Of a DNA stretch of 64,000 nt, positions 26,387-43,300 are shown in pieces. The notes under the pieces are model-generated. The model saw only the letters and a program-made list of their open reading frames with translations, was not told the origin of the DNA and did not search any database. The first letter of the stretch is position 1. Each line of letters opens with the position of its first letter. Source of the stretch: Tubulanus polymorphus (Eukaryota > Animalia > Nemertea); the NCBI RefSeq assembly GCF_964204645.1, contig NC_134028.1, positions 24,982,345 through 25,046,344 on the forward strand, written 5' to 3'. A program made the position numbers and the translations under genes.

Positions 26387-28214
26387 TTGTCCCGAGTCTA
26401 ATATTGCTTGTAAGCGCGAATATTCAGCAGTTGTTTTCTATTTGTCTAATAGCGAAATAGTTTACGGAAATTTAATATTGCGAGAGTTTCTTTGTCATGA
26501 AATGTGAAAAAGAATCTATGGCAGCAGCGGCGGCGGCGGTTGATGACGGAGTGTGCCAGTAGAAATTGACAGATCGTCACGAATCGAACTTGACACAAAC
26601 AGTACTGCAACACAGTTTACTTCCCACGATTTCAAATACGGCAGATTAGTCACGAATTATCCATTCGAAAGCAGGCGAAATTATACGCTTCGAATAGAAA
26701 TTTCACTTTTTTTAAACGATTCGTAAGAAATTGCTTCAGTGTAGCTACAGGCACTGGAGATAGGATACGAGAGGCTTAGGTTAGATCCGGGGTTGTGCAT
26801 TGAGGGCTCGGATTCAAGATCGAGAATCGAGATTTCATTTGTCAAGACTTGGGCCCAATTTCACAAACCTCTAAAGCGTGACTATAAGTTATTGATAATG
26901 AGAAAATAGTTTTATTTAGCCCCAGAAGATATACGAATTTGAGATTTTTCCTATGGATTCAGTTACACTGAATCATCTAGTATTCACTTACATGAAAGTA
27001 GTGAACAGAGGTGTTATTATCACAAATAAAGGGTACGATACGTCATCGGATATGTCAGTTTTTAGAAGCAGCTGCGGATTGATTTTCCAGAGATCTCGGT
27101 AAAATAGACGAAATAATGATAAATGTTTAATCGTGCATCGACTGGCTTGTGAACAAAAACTTTACGAGAGACAGCCTTTCAAACCAAAGTCGACGTGACT
27201 TCATAAAAGCCTGTACGAAAACTGATAAGCGCAGGAAAATGATGCCGAATTCGAGCGAACAAAGAGACGCAATCTATATTGAAGTCGTCGCACGAATCAT
27301 TTCCCAGTTTCGGCTGCACAATGCGTCAGTGGTAAATGGAAAATGATATTCGTCTGAGATGCGTCGTGACGGGTTACAAAAGCGTCTTAGACGAAACATG
27401 CCAAGTTTGTCTCGCGATTCTTTACGATTGTTTTGTTGGACAGCGTTTTATGTGTAGGTATGCCTTGCATTACATGTAATCAAGGAGAAAAATTCTAGAG
27501 CGAAAAAGAAAAGAATAAACAGATTTTCTGTTACTTGGAAATGACGGAAATTGGAAAAACTTTACAGTTGTTGTAGGAGGATTAACGTGATTATGATGGA
27601 ACGATGAAAGTGTAGGCCGACTTGCATCAGACTCTAATGTACATTACAATAATCCTCTTCAGCTTTCGAACTCGGCGTTGAAATATATTCCAAAAGATAA
27701 TCAAACGTGAATATATCATTGACGCAAGATTACGTGAAAGACAGAATTCTAATACGTTTTGAATTCCCTATCGCTGAGATATTCTAATCAGTCAACTGCG
27801 AATGACACACATTTAGAATGCACACGAGCAAATACGAATATTTACCTGGTGAGACCTGAATTTTGAACGATATTCGAATTCCACGCTAGGGTTATATCAC
27901 CCCTCCATCGTCCGTTATAACGATACATTTTATATACATGATTTTTTATACATAGTCTGAAACGACCATACTTCCTCATACGAATAATTTTTTATCTATT
28001 TGCTTGCGAAACTCAGACCCCGGAAACGCGCGATTAGCACACTCGGTTAGACCATGGTTAAAACCCACATCAAATGAACTTTATGGATATTGCATATTAC
28101 ATCTTTGCGAAAATGATACTGGGACTATAATTGAGCAAAATTTATGGTTATTTTTACCAAGATATTATTTATCGGTTATATTCATGAAGTCCGCATTCAT
28201 AATTCAGTATTCTA

Positions 28215-28252
28215 CAGCAGATGACTATTTAGGATACAGTCGAAACGTCGAA
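28215..28252 (+). ncRNA. Degenerate hammerhead motif
   Basis: CAGCAGA (decayed CTGAAGA)-T-GACT...AGTC-GAAAC-GTC-gaa. Confidence 0.35.
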
Positions 28253-28982
28253 TGAATGTTGGCTTAAGTAGACATTTCGGATTTTCCTAATTCTTAACGT
28301 GGGGTTTTACATAATATTTACCACATGGACAGATTGTTTCATTAATGGTTTCCATATCTAGCAGATGGCTAGGTGCGAGTTGATAAAACGACTTTGTCTC
28401 GGCCAGGGAAATGCCGATTGTCACAGTATATAGCCTGAATTATTGGTATCCAGGTCTGCTATCAATGCAGTAAAACCCACAATAAAATGAAAAAAAAAAT
28501 CCAGAAGAGAATTTCTAGTCAATTTTCATTCTATTGTGGGTTTTTACTTCATCTACCATCAATTATCACCAAAAACATTTTTTTCTGGTGTCGTACAATT
28601 TTTTCTTCGTGGCCGGTTCCACGGACTTAAGACCAATATGAAATATCATTTCTGGATTAAAGTCTTTACCATAGAACCGGTCCAGAGATTTAAATCTGAA
28701 AAAACACCTTTGATTAAAGCCTATAAAGAAGAGCATTAAAAACAATTCTAAAGTGTGCACATTCTCGCCTCGAAAATATGAATATTCTAATTCGGATCAT
28801 TTTAACATATACATAGTAAATAGTAACGGAACACTTTTGATTATCAAGCTCAGACCAGATACGACTAAAATTGGATTTAGAATTTCTTTTTTGAGGGCGC
28901 GATAGGAGACTCTGTACTTAATTCTAACTAGAATAAAAAGAAAAAGCGATATCTTTAATCAAAATACAAATCATCAACTTAC

Positions 28983-29209
28983 AAAGCATTGCCGTATTCC
29001 GGGGGCAGGAAACAATAAAGCGCCGGTCTAATTTCGCCGTTGTCATCGTCGTTATCCTCGTTAGAAGGCTGTCTGGTTATGCTGAGGGTACGAGCCGGTC
29101 CTTTCGGTCTGTGTTGATGGTGACCCTCCTCAGCGGCCGATTCGGAGACGTCCGTCGTTGTGCTACAGTGACGATGCGACGTATGTTCCGGGCTGCCACA
29201 GTGCGCCAT
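28983..29209 (-). CDS. Orphan candidate coding exon of an unidentified gene
   Basis: Acceptor ttgtag| (exon starts 29213), ATG at 29209, and a strong donor TT|gtaagt at 28982. Only one frame is open: MAHCGSPEHTSHRH...TRQPSNEDNDDDNGEIRPALYCFLPPEYGNA. A promoter-like motif cluster lies about 1.3 kb upstream. Downstream exons were not identified. Confidence 0.45.
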
Positions 29210-30516
29210 ATTCCTACAATAATGAGATGAATCCTATTTTGATTGCGAATGAATATAAACGATATACTAATTACTGTTTAGTTTACGTGGATTATCTTGT
29301 AATGTAATTATATCATAACTCATACTGATACAATTCCGATTATTGTGTTTCAATAGACGAACTCTATATAACGAATTAGAATTGGTCGTTATCTGAGAGT
29401 TTTGAAATTTTTGGTTAATTGTCAGTGTCCATATCTTGGGGCCTCGATGACAGTGGCTTGTATACATTAGGCATATGCTACACCCCTCATTTTGTTTATT
29501 ATCTATACACTCTGTTTTCCAATGAACACGAATGCCAGTTTTCCTTCCATATTGTCACTGATAACTACGCTGGTCAGTATCATGATACTTGACTGTTAAA
29601 TCAGACTGGCGTCGGAGGTTACCGATTTCGAATAAATATTCGTGGTCAGTTTACCCATAGAATATTCCTTTTCTAGAGTCTATCTTACGAAACCATTAAG
29701 ATATCACGTGATATAGTTTATTAAGATCATATTTGCAATAATATTTTCAACAGATTTTACGTTAGCATTGCTGGTACATTAAATATTCATTAATGGGTTG
29801 TTTCTTGCACCAAGAAAATTAAGGAATAACTAGAAAATAATGTTCGTTCAAATAAATAAATGAATATTCTCTCGTCTTTTCGAAGTCGACGACGACAATT
29901 TGCATGCTGGTTATAATGGAAGCGATACTCTTGAGAAAACAAACGTCTATCGCTCTGCTTGTTTACCAGACGATACTTCCACTGAAGACTTCCCTCGGCG
30001 GGTTACCTTTTTACCGTATGCGACAAATTGTTATCCATATGAAGATACCGAGTCGGGTTAGCGGCGCGTCGTTGACCCCGTCACTCGTGGAGAGATTGAC
30101 GAAGAACACTCGCCGGATCGAAGTGATCGAAACGACTTCAGGCGAAGGGAAATTGCGGTGTTTTTTTCGCGTTAACATTTGCCGCATTTCCCATCGTGAA
30201 GCCCTAATTAACCACTGAACGTCGATCGCATGATATAAGCATGCCGAGCTGTTTCGGGAGCAATAAATACACGCAGTTCAAATGCATTCTCAGTCAATCC
30301 ACGAGTGCACGAGTTCGATATGAATAAAATAACTCGTCCTCCCAGCTCTAATTTGTTTGATATACACGAATCAAATTCTGAAATATATCGTCTTTTTATA
30401 GCTTTTAGTTTTCGGCGACTTTTACGTTGGACGACAGCATGACGTTGTAAACCCATCAAAAATAGTGCATCGACATTTGCATAAAATGCCGTAGCGTACC
30501 GACAAACGCTCGCCAG

Positions 30517-30704
30517 CCAATCACAGCACAACAATTTTACAGAACCCTCAGCTCGGGCACATGACGTCATTGTTACATGTATGCTCCTCGGATGTTAGGG
30601 AATCTTGTCATACGTAGTTAACAAAGATATGTTATGGTCATTCGAATATCGGGGCTCCATCATATAATTCAATTATAAATGTGCTTGACCGTCAATATGG
30701 CGGC
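30517..30704. promoter_or_regulatory. Promoter-like motif cluster (CCAAT, CRE, YY1)
   Basis: AGCCAATCA (CCAAT 30517-30521), full CRE TGACGTCA (30562-30569) and YY1-like AATATGGCGGC (30694-30704). Confidence 0.4.
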
Positions 30705-30991
30705 ATCAAGTGAAAAAGTACATGCGGCTTCTCAAAACCCTCATACGTCATCGATTTCGCATATACCGGCAGGCTGGTCCTGTGCATACTTTCGTCTATT
30801 CATTGTATGATAACAAATTCCGAAGGAATATTTCGCTACGTGTCAATCAATATTCATTAATGAAACATAACACGAGTTAATTGTTGAATAACGAGTATTA
30901 TCATTATTCAATGTTACACTCATACACAGATACACATGAAGCAACCTTCATCGTTTCATGTGCTTATGTTTATATGTATATCGTCGATCGT

Positions 30992-30994
<3 letters not shown>

Positions 30995-31063
<69 letters not shown>
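30995..31063. repeat. (AT)n microsatellite, about 34 units
   Basis: Uninterrupted AT run; it explains the IYIY ORFs on both strands. Confidence 0.97.
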
Positions 31064-31065
<2 letters not shown>

Positions 31066-32894
31066 TATATATAGTTGATTTTAAGATATAGCGTTAGATC
31101 CAACACCGATTTTAGTAATTGAAATTGACACATTCGAAATGAACTACCAGTTCAATGAACAGATTGTCCTGTCCCATAGTCGTAATGTAATCAGTGTTTT
31201 TCTGGACTCAGACCTTTGACGAACTCGATTAAAACGATATCATTTTTGAACGTGATTTCTTATTTTGTCATCTTATCTATCCGATCTTTAACTCGAATTT
31301 CGCTTACACAGTTTTCCCGAATTGTCTGAGTTAGGCAAGGTTTAGTGAATAATCAAAAGTCGAACGTCGACCTTCACCAAATATCATCTCTAAAAAACGT
31401 TATGTTTGTCTAGGATTAGTTGCACATTTAGAACGAATCTTAGACCATGTCGGTTCTCTACATATAACCGATCTTACTACTGAAGACCACTAACTCGTAA
31501 TTTAAGACCACAGTCTCGGTGATGAAAGTGCAACAGGACCCGACCTCGATTCTCAACTCAGTCAGTCAACTCCATGAAATACTTACTAAGCCGAGTTCAC
31601 TGGGCGTATTTGAAAAAACACGAATCAATATCGTACCTAACGATTTGCAAAATTTACCTGTATTTTGTAGTTTATACGAATGTAGCGAGTTTTAATAATC
31701 CCGTTGGTATTTCAAGTCGTCGTCGTACTCACAACAGAAACAGCGGACTGCTCAGGGTAACACACAAACGCATGGACTCGATGCGTTCAATGTGGTAAAC
31801 GTAGGCTTCGAATGCTGCGGTTGCTACGCAATATATTGTCGTTGCGTTTGACACATCGTCCCCAGACGATGCTGTTGCTGCTGCTGCTGGCCGCTTGTTA
31901 CGCTATCTTTTTCCAGTCGATAAAAACAGCCGACAAATCGACGAGATTTATGGTTATGTCGTTTTTAGTCGCTGTAGTTGATTTCGCAGTCATTTCCTAC
32001 GGTTTACGAATGTTTGCCCGGTCGTTTAATGGAGTAGTGTATGTTACCCGTCTGTGTAATGGTGTTTACTGTTATCAGGCTGGGAATTCGTCATCTGCGC
32101 TGTTCGGAGTTAGAATTGTGCGGTGATCGGATGTTAGCACTTATTAAAACATTTAACTTCTTAACTTTCCATTTAAAGTAGGACGAGGCAAAGTAAACAG
32201 TAGCTGCTGCTGCTGTGTCGATCAGCTCTCGACATCGTTCCGTCTATGGATGTTCCCAAATAATTTAGAAAGAATGAAAAAATGTAAATCTTTTACAGTA
32301 AACCTCGCCAGTAACTCGGACAGTGTAGGGCCGTCAATGTTGGCCATAGGACTGGAGAGTGAATCCCGAATTAAGGAATTGCAATGGATGGTAAGAAGTC
32401 AGAAAATAGTTCTTGTCCGAGTAAATCAAAGGTCCGAGCTGGCCGTGTCGGAGTTTGGTGCGCGGTTTGCTGTACCTGTGTTACCGCCGGTTGTGATTTT
32501 GGGGATGTAGAACGAGCTGTCCGGATATTGAGTAAGAATTAGGGGAATAAACGGTATTTTCCGAATAGAGTTTAGAATAAAGTGCACCGTTGTGAAAGTT
32601 CTTGATGTGAAAGTAATGCTCGTCGAGCGAAGATTTGTTAGCCTTACCGGCCATTGACTAGCGACTTTAAAATTCTAATAAAAAATCTTGTTGGCCATGA
32701 TATATAAGATATATTTAATACTATATATATATTGATATCACATTGATTTTGTTTCACGATTTCGTTCGAAAACTCTGTTAGCTAAAATCTGTTAGCTAGT
32801 CATGGTTTGCGGGAGACAGTGGAACCTCTAGCTTCGGAGAAAGTCTAGTTGAAAACAATTCCATCAATCGCCGAATTATCTGTGGTCGTATCAA

Positions 32895-37428
<4,534 letters not shown>

Positions 37429-38202
37429 GGCGTGTTAGTTACGACCGGCTCGGTCACTGCTCAGTACTGCTCTCTATCCGGCAGTCGCATACGAAGTCCC
37501 AAGTCCAAAGTGATTCGATTCTCACCCAGTTTGTTTATAGATGAGATATACAATGATATGAGTACATGCGATGATGATTATGTGCATTTGGTATGTAGGT
37601 CAACATGTCGAAAATAAAATCTGCTCTTGGGTAAAAAAGGTCAGGTTTTTTAAAACACGAATATTCATTGTTTCCATAACTGGGAATATATTTAGATCGT
37701 AACGGACTATTATAACCCCGTTTTGAATTTCTAATGAGTAACGTTATTCATTAGACCAGGTTATACTCATCAGGGACAAACATGGTCCCTCAAACTGATG
37801 GTCCCCCTGATGCATGTCCCAAATGGAAGTGACGCTGAATGAGAGAATACGTCGAATCTATTTTCAAATTGTTAATGCATAATCGGCCCGCAATATTATC
37901 ATATTTTCCGTATATCGAAACCCGAAGAGATTGACACGTTCACGTTACGTGCATAAAACAATGAAGATTAAACACGATAGGAAACAACATTAATTTTTCA
38001 TGATTTCAAATTGAATTGCAACGTCAAAAACAATGGCCGTTAGTCTCTGCTTTGTGTATCGTTAAGAGTTTTTATAAGTTTCATAATGTTTCGTACTCGG
38101 TAAGAGTTTGAAGTAAAATTGCGCCGTTGCGATAAACTATCAAAGCGATATTGAGTGTATTTCGCTGGGTGGACGTTTCGGTATCGCTTAGAATTTGGAG
38201 AC

Positions 38203-39968
38203 ATGTGGACAGCCGGCGTAACGGACACAAGAAAATGGCAAGTTTCGATTATGTTATTTTTCGGGACTGTTTTGGTGATCGTCGATTCGACGACTTCATC
38301 CAGATCGTCACACGTGTTCATTCACGGTACAACTATCGATGCCAATCAGGTTCCCTACAAGATAATGCCACTCGAGCGAAGTATCGGAGAACTGGAATGC
38401 GCCGCTTTCTGCAACGAGCAAGAAAACACCTTCAAATGCAAGGGTTACGTCTATAAACCGACTGAGAAGGTTTGCGAGTTGTTCAAAGTGGCATGGTACG
38501 AAAAGGAAGGAAATTTGAAAAATGTCGCATTGAAAGGTAGGTAAATTGATAAGTCCTTGGAAAACATTCTGATTCAAACCATCAGAACTATAAGCGAATG
38601 GGGAAGCCGACTGCTCAAGGGTAAGGCACTACTAGTAATCTTGCCTAGACTGGCTACCGGTCTCCATTCTTAATTAGGGTTTTTCACGATTTGCCTTAAA
38701 ACTTTACGAACTTTTAAACAACGCTATTCTCAATAACCGAAATGTCAAACGAGAATCTAGTGCTTATCGCTAACGGCGAGGGCGCTGATCAATTTAAGAT
38801 CGTAAGACAAGACGTCACAAAGTAGGTGTTCCCGTTTGCTGGCTTATAGTTCAAACTCAAACCCTTACCGTGGCAAGCGAGGAATTCACGGGGATCCACC
38901 CGGTTCGCTGGAAGTTATATATTTGGATCAATTTCGATCGAATCGTTCAATCCGATTAAATTAATTGCCATCTTAAGTTTATTGTCAACATAAACAGTTT
39001 CTGGTGAGAGAAGTGCATCATTTTCACGGTATTGACGATTGAGAGTTTTAAGAAGTCCGACTTGCCTCGTAATCTATACTAAACATGATAAAGCTTAATT
39101 TATCAAAATTATCTGATGAAGCTTAATTTATTCTTAAATTATCTACCTTTTTGTCTTTATTGTACATAATGTAATTATGAATAGCTACGTTGCGGAACAA
39201 TAAAGAATGTATGAATTGAATTGAATTGCGAAAAGGAACTAGTTTTTTTAACCCTGTAAAGTGATTAAAAAGCCACGCAATCTAGTGATACGTGCTGATA
39301 TACGCGATTTCGTTTATTTCTTATCAACGACAGAAATGAATTGTACCGAACTCGGCCTCAAGAAAATGCTTACGACATGCATAGAACACAGTCCTTCCCC
39401 TATGAATCTCCAGACGGCTGGAAGTTACTGCGAATTCAAAGGACTGAAATTAATCGAACCCGGATCGTACACATTGATAGCGGCATTGAATCAATACATC
39501 ATCGATAATCTCCCTGCAAGTAAGATTTCATTACTCAAGTCAATTCTTTTTATCTGATTCACTTATTCATACATCGATGATGGCACCTGGTAATTAATTC
39601 ACACACCGATACCGTATATACTGCATAGACTCATTTTGGGCTGGTCAAGGCAACGATCAACAGTTCAATCGACAAGCTGAGGTTTTCGACTATATCTCAT
39701 TTATCATACTTGAGGAAGATTCTGACCCTGGTCATACCGTTCTTATATTTCAGCAAAAATTTTCATCGGGGCAAGAAATTGGCGACCGACGGAACGGCCT
39801 CCTAAACCGTGGAATTGGCTCGCGTCTCCGGGTAACGTGACTAAATTCGGTTTCAAATCGTCCATTCCAGAAACAGACGTCAGTCGTGATACAATTGTCA
39901 TAGAAGACGGAATTTGGAAGCTCACATTCGGTGGACTATTGCATCATTTCTTATGCGAAATACCATGA
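38203..39968 (+). CDS. Secreted PAN/apple + atypical C-type lectin domain protein; 3 exons, 244 aa
   Basis: Exons 38203-38536, 39334-39519 and 39754-39968 have phase-1 junctions and total 735 nt. Signal-peptide-like IMLFFGTVLVIVDS; PAN pattern ECAAFC..CKGYVY..VCEL; CTLD pattern C..TCIEH..PMN...AGSYC..GLKL, IFIGA, WNW and terminal FLCEIP*. Confidence 0.8.
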
Positions 39969-40342
39969 ACACTTTTTTGTATATTTGTTTATATTCCTTC
40001 AATTTATCGCTATAATGATCGGGTCTTCGAAGGGTCCACTTTCCTTAACGCCCAAAAGAAAAATCGACACAAAAATAAACGTAGAAACATTTATAAAAAT
40101 ATTTATTAGTCATATTTACATAATATATTATTATCATTAAGCGATATAATTGCATAAATCTTTGAATGTAATTTTTTTAACAAAAATATAAAATTCAAAT
40201 AGGTTAAGTATATGGTATATTTGAGACACGTAAGGCTTACTAAACTGATATCAATGATTCCCGAATTGAAATTAAGCCAGCCCGTATATATTACACATTA
40301 CTATGTATTTTGTATTCATGTATACCTATAATGTATACATAA

Positions 40343-43300
40343 TTATGTTAATTGATTAGGTTCCGCTGTGGGTTCCGCAACATGTTTGTAGTCGTCGTCG
40401 TCGAAATCGTCGTCGAATATTAATGCGCTTTGCTGAAATAGTTCAAAGAAAACGTTGTAAGAGATCGGGGGAAGATGTTCGGAAGCCAATTCTTCATGGA
40501 AATCTGGAGAATTGGCAATAGGTCAAAATGATTGCATATGTTAAGTGCACGAATTAGTCAATTTTTGTGTAACTATGATACCGAAAATGTTTAAGCCGGC
40601 ATCAATAAGCTGAAAGTACCCCCCACCCTCTTTGACATTGGATATCTTATTGCTATTTTTTTTTCTATTCTGTGATAGTCAAGGCTCCGTATTTGTGACT
40701 TTACGTGGGACATTTTTGATTGAAAATGACCTACAAATACTAGACGTTGGAGGTTTTATCAGCACACTTCGAAAAGTGACGTCACGAGGGCCATATTGAA
40801 CGTCGTACGAACTTGGCGGTGTTCAAAAGACCTCCATTGTTAGAATTACACTATGCTTACCCGTTCATCGGCGCCACTGAAAGGAAAAATAAATACGAAT
40901 ACAGTAATTATTATTATCATAAGCCGATGGAAAATAACACGTCTCATTATAGTATATACGATAAAATATATGAATACAATTGTAAATACAATATGAAAAA
41001 AATTCTTATCAAAGAATTATCTGATATATGACTATTGTTCTGCGTTAGAAATATGCATTGAAGTTGTAGAAATAGCTTGGAAATAGGATATGAAGGATAT
41101 GAATGATAGGCTAGAATTTGAAATATTAACCCGATGAATTATGATAGCTATTATGACAGTCACGCCCGGATATACCACTCGCATCATGATTTAGGCTTTG
41201 GGTAGTATAGAGAATATGTCGGTATATAAGAGGTTTGTTTGTTTGTAATCTCTCTTTACGTCGTTCGGATCTTGTTTTCCCCAAGATTTCCTGTTGATTT
41301 TGTAAACCATTCACGACGGGACGACCTTTGCCCACAATGTGTTAACAGCCAGCAGGACTCGAACCCTTTGGCCATGGGTTAATAATGCGGACTAGTTACA
41401 AGGCCAAAAATATATGCTCCATCCTCGGAAAATCTGTTTGAGATTGGTGATTTATTTATTTGCAGGTAGGTGGTGGGGAGATATATCGGGGGTTGACTGT
41501 ATATTAAGATAACATGATTTTGCTCCTGTAATTATACACTTACTCGGGATCAACTCTTCCAGGTGAACGCGTGGCCGTGAAAACAGCGGACGATCTCAAA
41601 GTTCCATCTTTACCGAAATATATTCGCGACGACTGGGGACTCATGTGTCCCAGGGATGCACTCATCTTCCCGTACACGACAGGCATCATGCCCCCGTGCA
41701 CCGAGGAGGCCGTGTCGTCATCGAACATAGGATTGGCGTACGCCGAGTTATGAACGGTTAGTGCCGGCAAGCCGTCCAGTTCATCCGGTACCTTCTCAAT
41801 GTTTTTAGCATCTTGTTTTCTGTAAAGAAGAAGATTGGTATTTTTTACACTGTCGATCTCTGAATAAAGAATTAATATATTGAAAATCCTATAGATTACA
41901 AATTGGCTTCTATATCTACAATCTCATATCATATCGTGTATCTATCATATGTCATATATCATCGAACATACCGTCGGCACCAGCATATCCACACACCAAG
42001 CAGTAGTAGTAATATAACTACTGTTATTCCGCCGATAGTACCGCCGATAATGTACTCGTAAGAATTATCATCTTCGACTAAAACATGAACGGAAAGATAG
42101 ATTTTATGAAACAAGATAATGTTGTAAAATCAGAATTCAACAGGATGTCTTCAGAGTTAATGTGCCAAGCGGTTATCCGGTCTCCGTCGCTTCTATTTCT
42201 TCTACATACTCATTTGAATTTAATCCACCTTTTTCTTTGAGTAAATTATTGTATCAATGGAGACTCTACCGAACACCGAGTAGGGAAGTCAATATTCTGA
42301 GGTTTGTTTGTTAATATATTCAAATAGTTCAGTTCAAAGTTCATTGAATATTAACTTATTTTGAAAGCGTAAAGGACTGATGGATAGTCATGCTACCTTG
42401 TGGAATAATTGGTGTTTTGCTTTTCAATTGACCTAGTCTTATTTGAAGGGTTTATCCTAGAAAATAAGAGGATAATTTTAACCTTCAATTCTGACCTTTT
42501 CGTTTTGAACAGCGCGGTCCATAGAAACGTGTCAAACATTCGCATTTGTATCCGGTTGTCGTCGCGATGCATTTTCCGCCATTCAAACAAAGCGTTAAAT
42601 TCTGACAAACATCTGAAAACGAATAATAATCACTCAAACGATTTCAATCGCGAGTCGCTAGCTAGAACACGCTAGACTGTAAGATAAATTGGTTATATGA
42701 TAAAACCGTTTATAGATGCCACATCGTGAACTTTCAAAAGTGGGATTTCACTTTGTAAATAACTCACTGGGTGTTGTAGATGGCGGTAGAGTTGAAGTTG
42801 TAGGTTGAAGAGTGCTGGTACTCGCAGCAGATGCCTGTGAGGAGATGGATTCACTCGAAGAGGACTCTGACGCGGTTGAGGAGACACTCAGTTTACCAGT
42901 AGATGTACTCGGGACTGCTGTTACTGTTGTTGTAGGGACAGGTGTAGTCGATGTTAAGGTAGAAGTAGTTGTTGTTGGCACGGGTGTTGTTGTTGTAGTT
43001 GTAGTCGTGGTAGTCGTAGTCGTAGTCGCTGTTTGTGAAAAAAAAAACTATAATTCATTTTTTATAATTTTCATACAATATTATAAGTTACAAATACAAT
43101 TTTGTTCTGAAATAAGATTTCAAGCGTCGATGAAGAAAAACCAGGTCTCGATAAAATCTATCATCAAGCACGCATTCAGTTTTTACGTACGTTGAGTGCA
43201 ATTATATACAGAGATCGAGCCCTTGTCCGATGTCACTAATCCTGGGTCACATTGAATGCAATTGAGGGTCTGAGATTCGTCCCGATACCATCCGATATCA

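Noticed and set aside
42397-42432. Possible extra 36-nt phase 1-1 exon (GQLKSKTPIIPQ) before the TM exon
   Set aside because: It is frame-compatible but has a poor polypyrimidine tract and a very short upstream intron, and it is not needed for the model. RNA-seq is required.
42812-43195. Poly-valine plus-strand ORF
   Set aside because: It is the antisense of the poly-Thr mucin exon.
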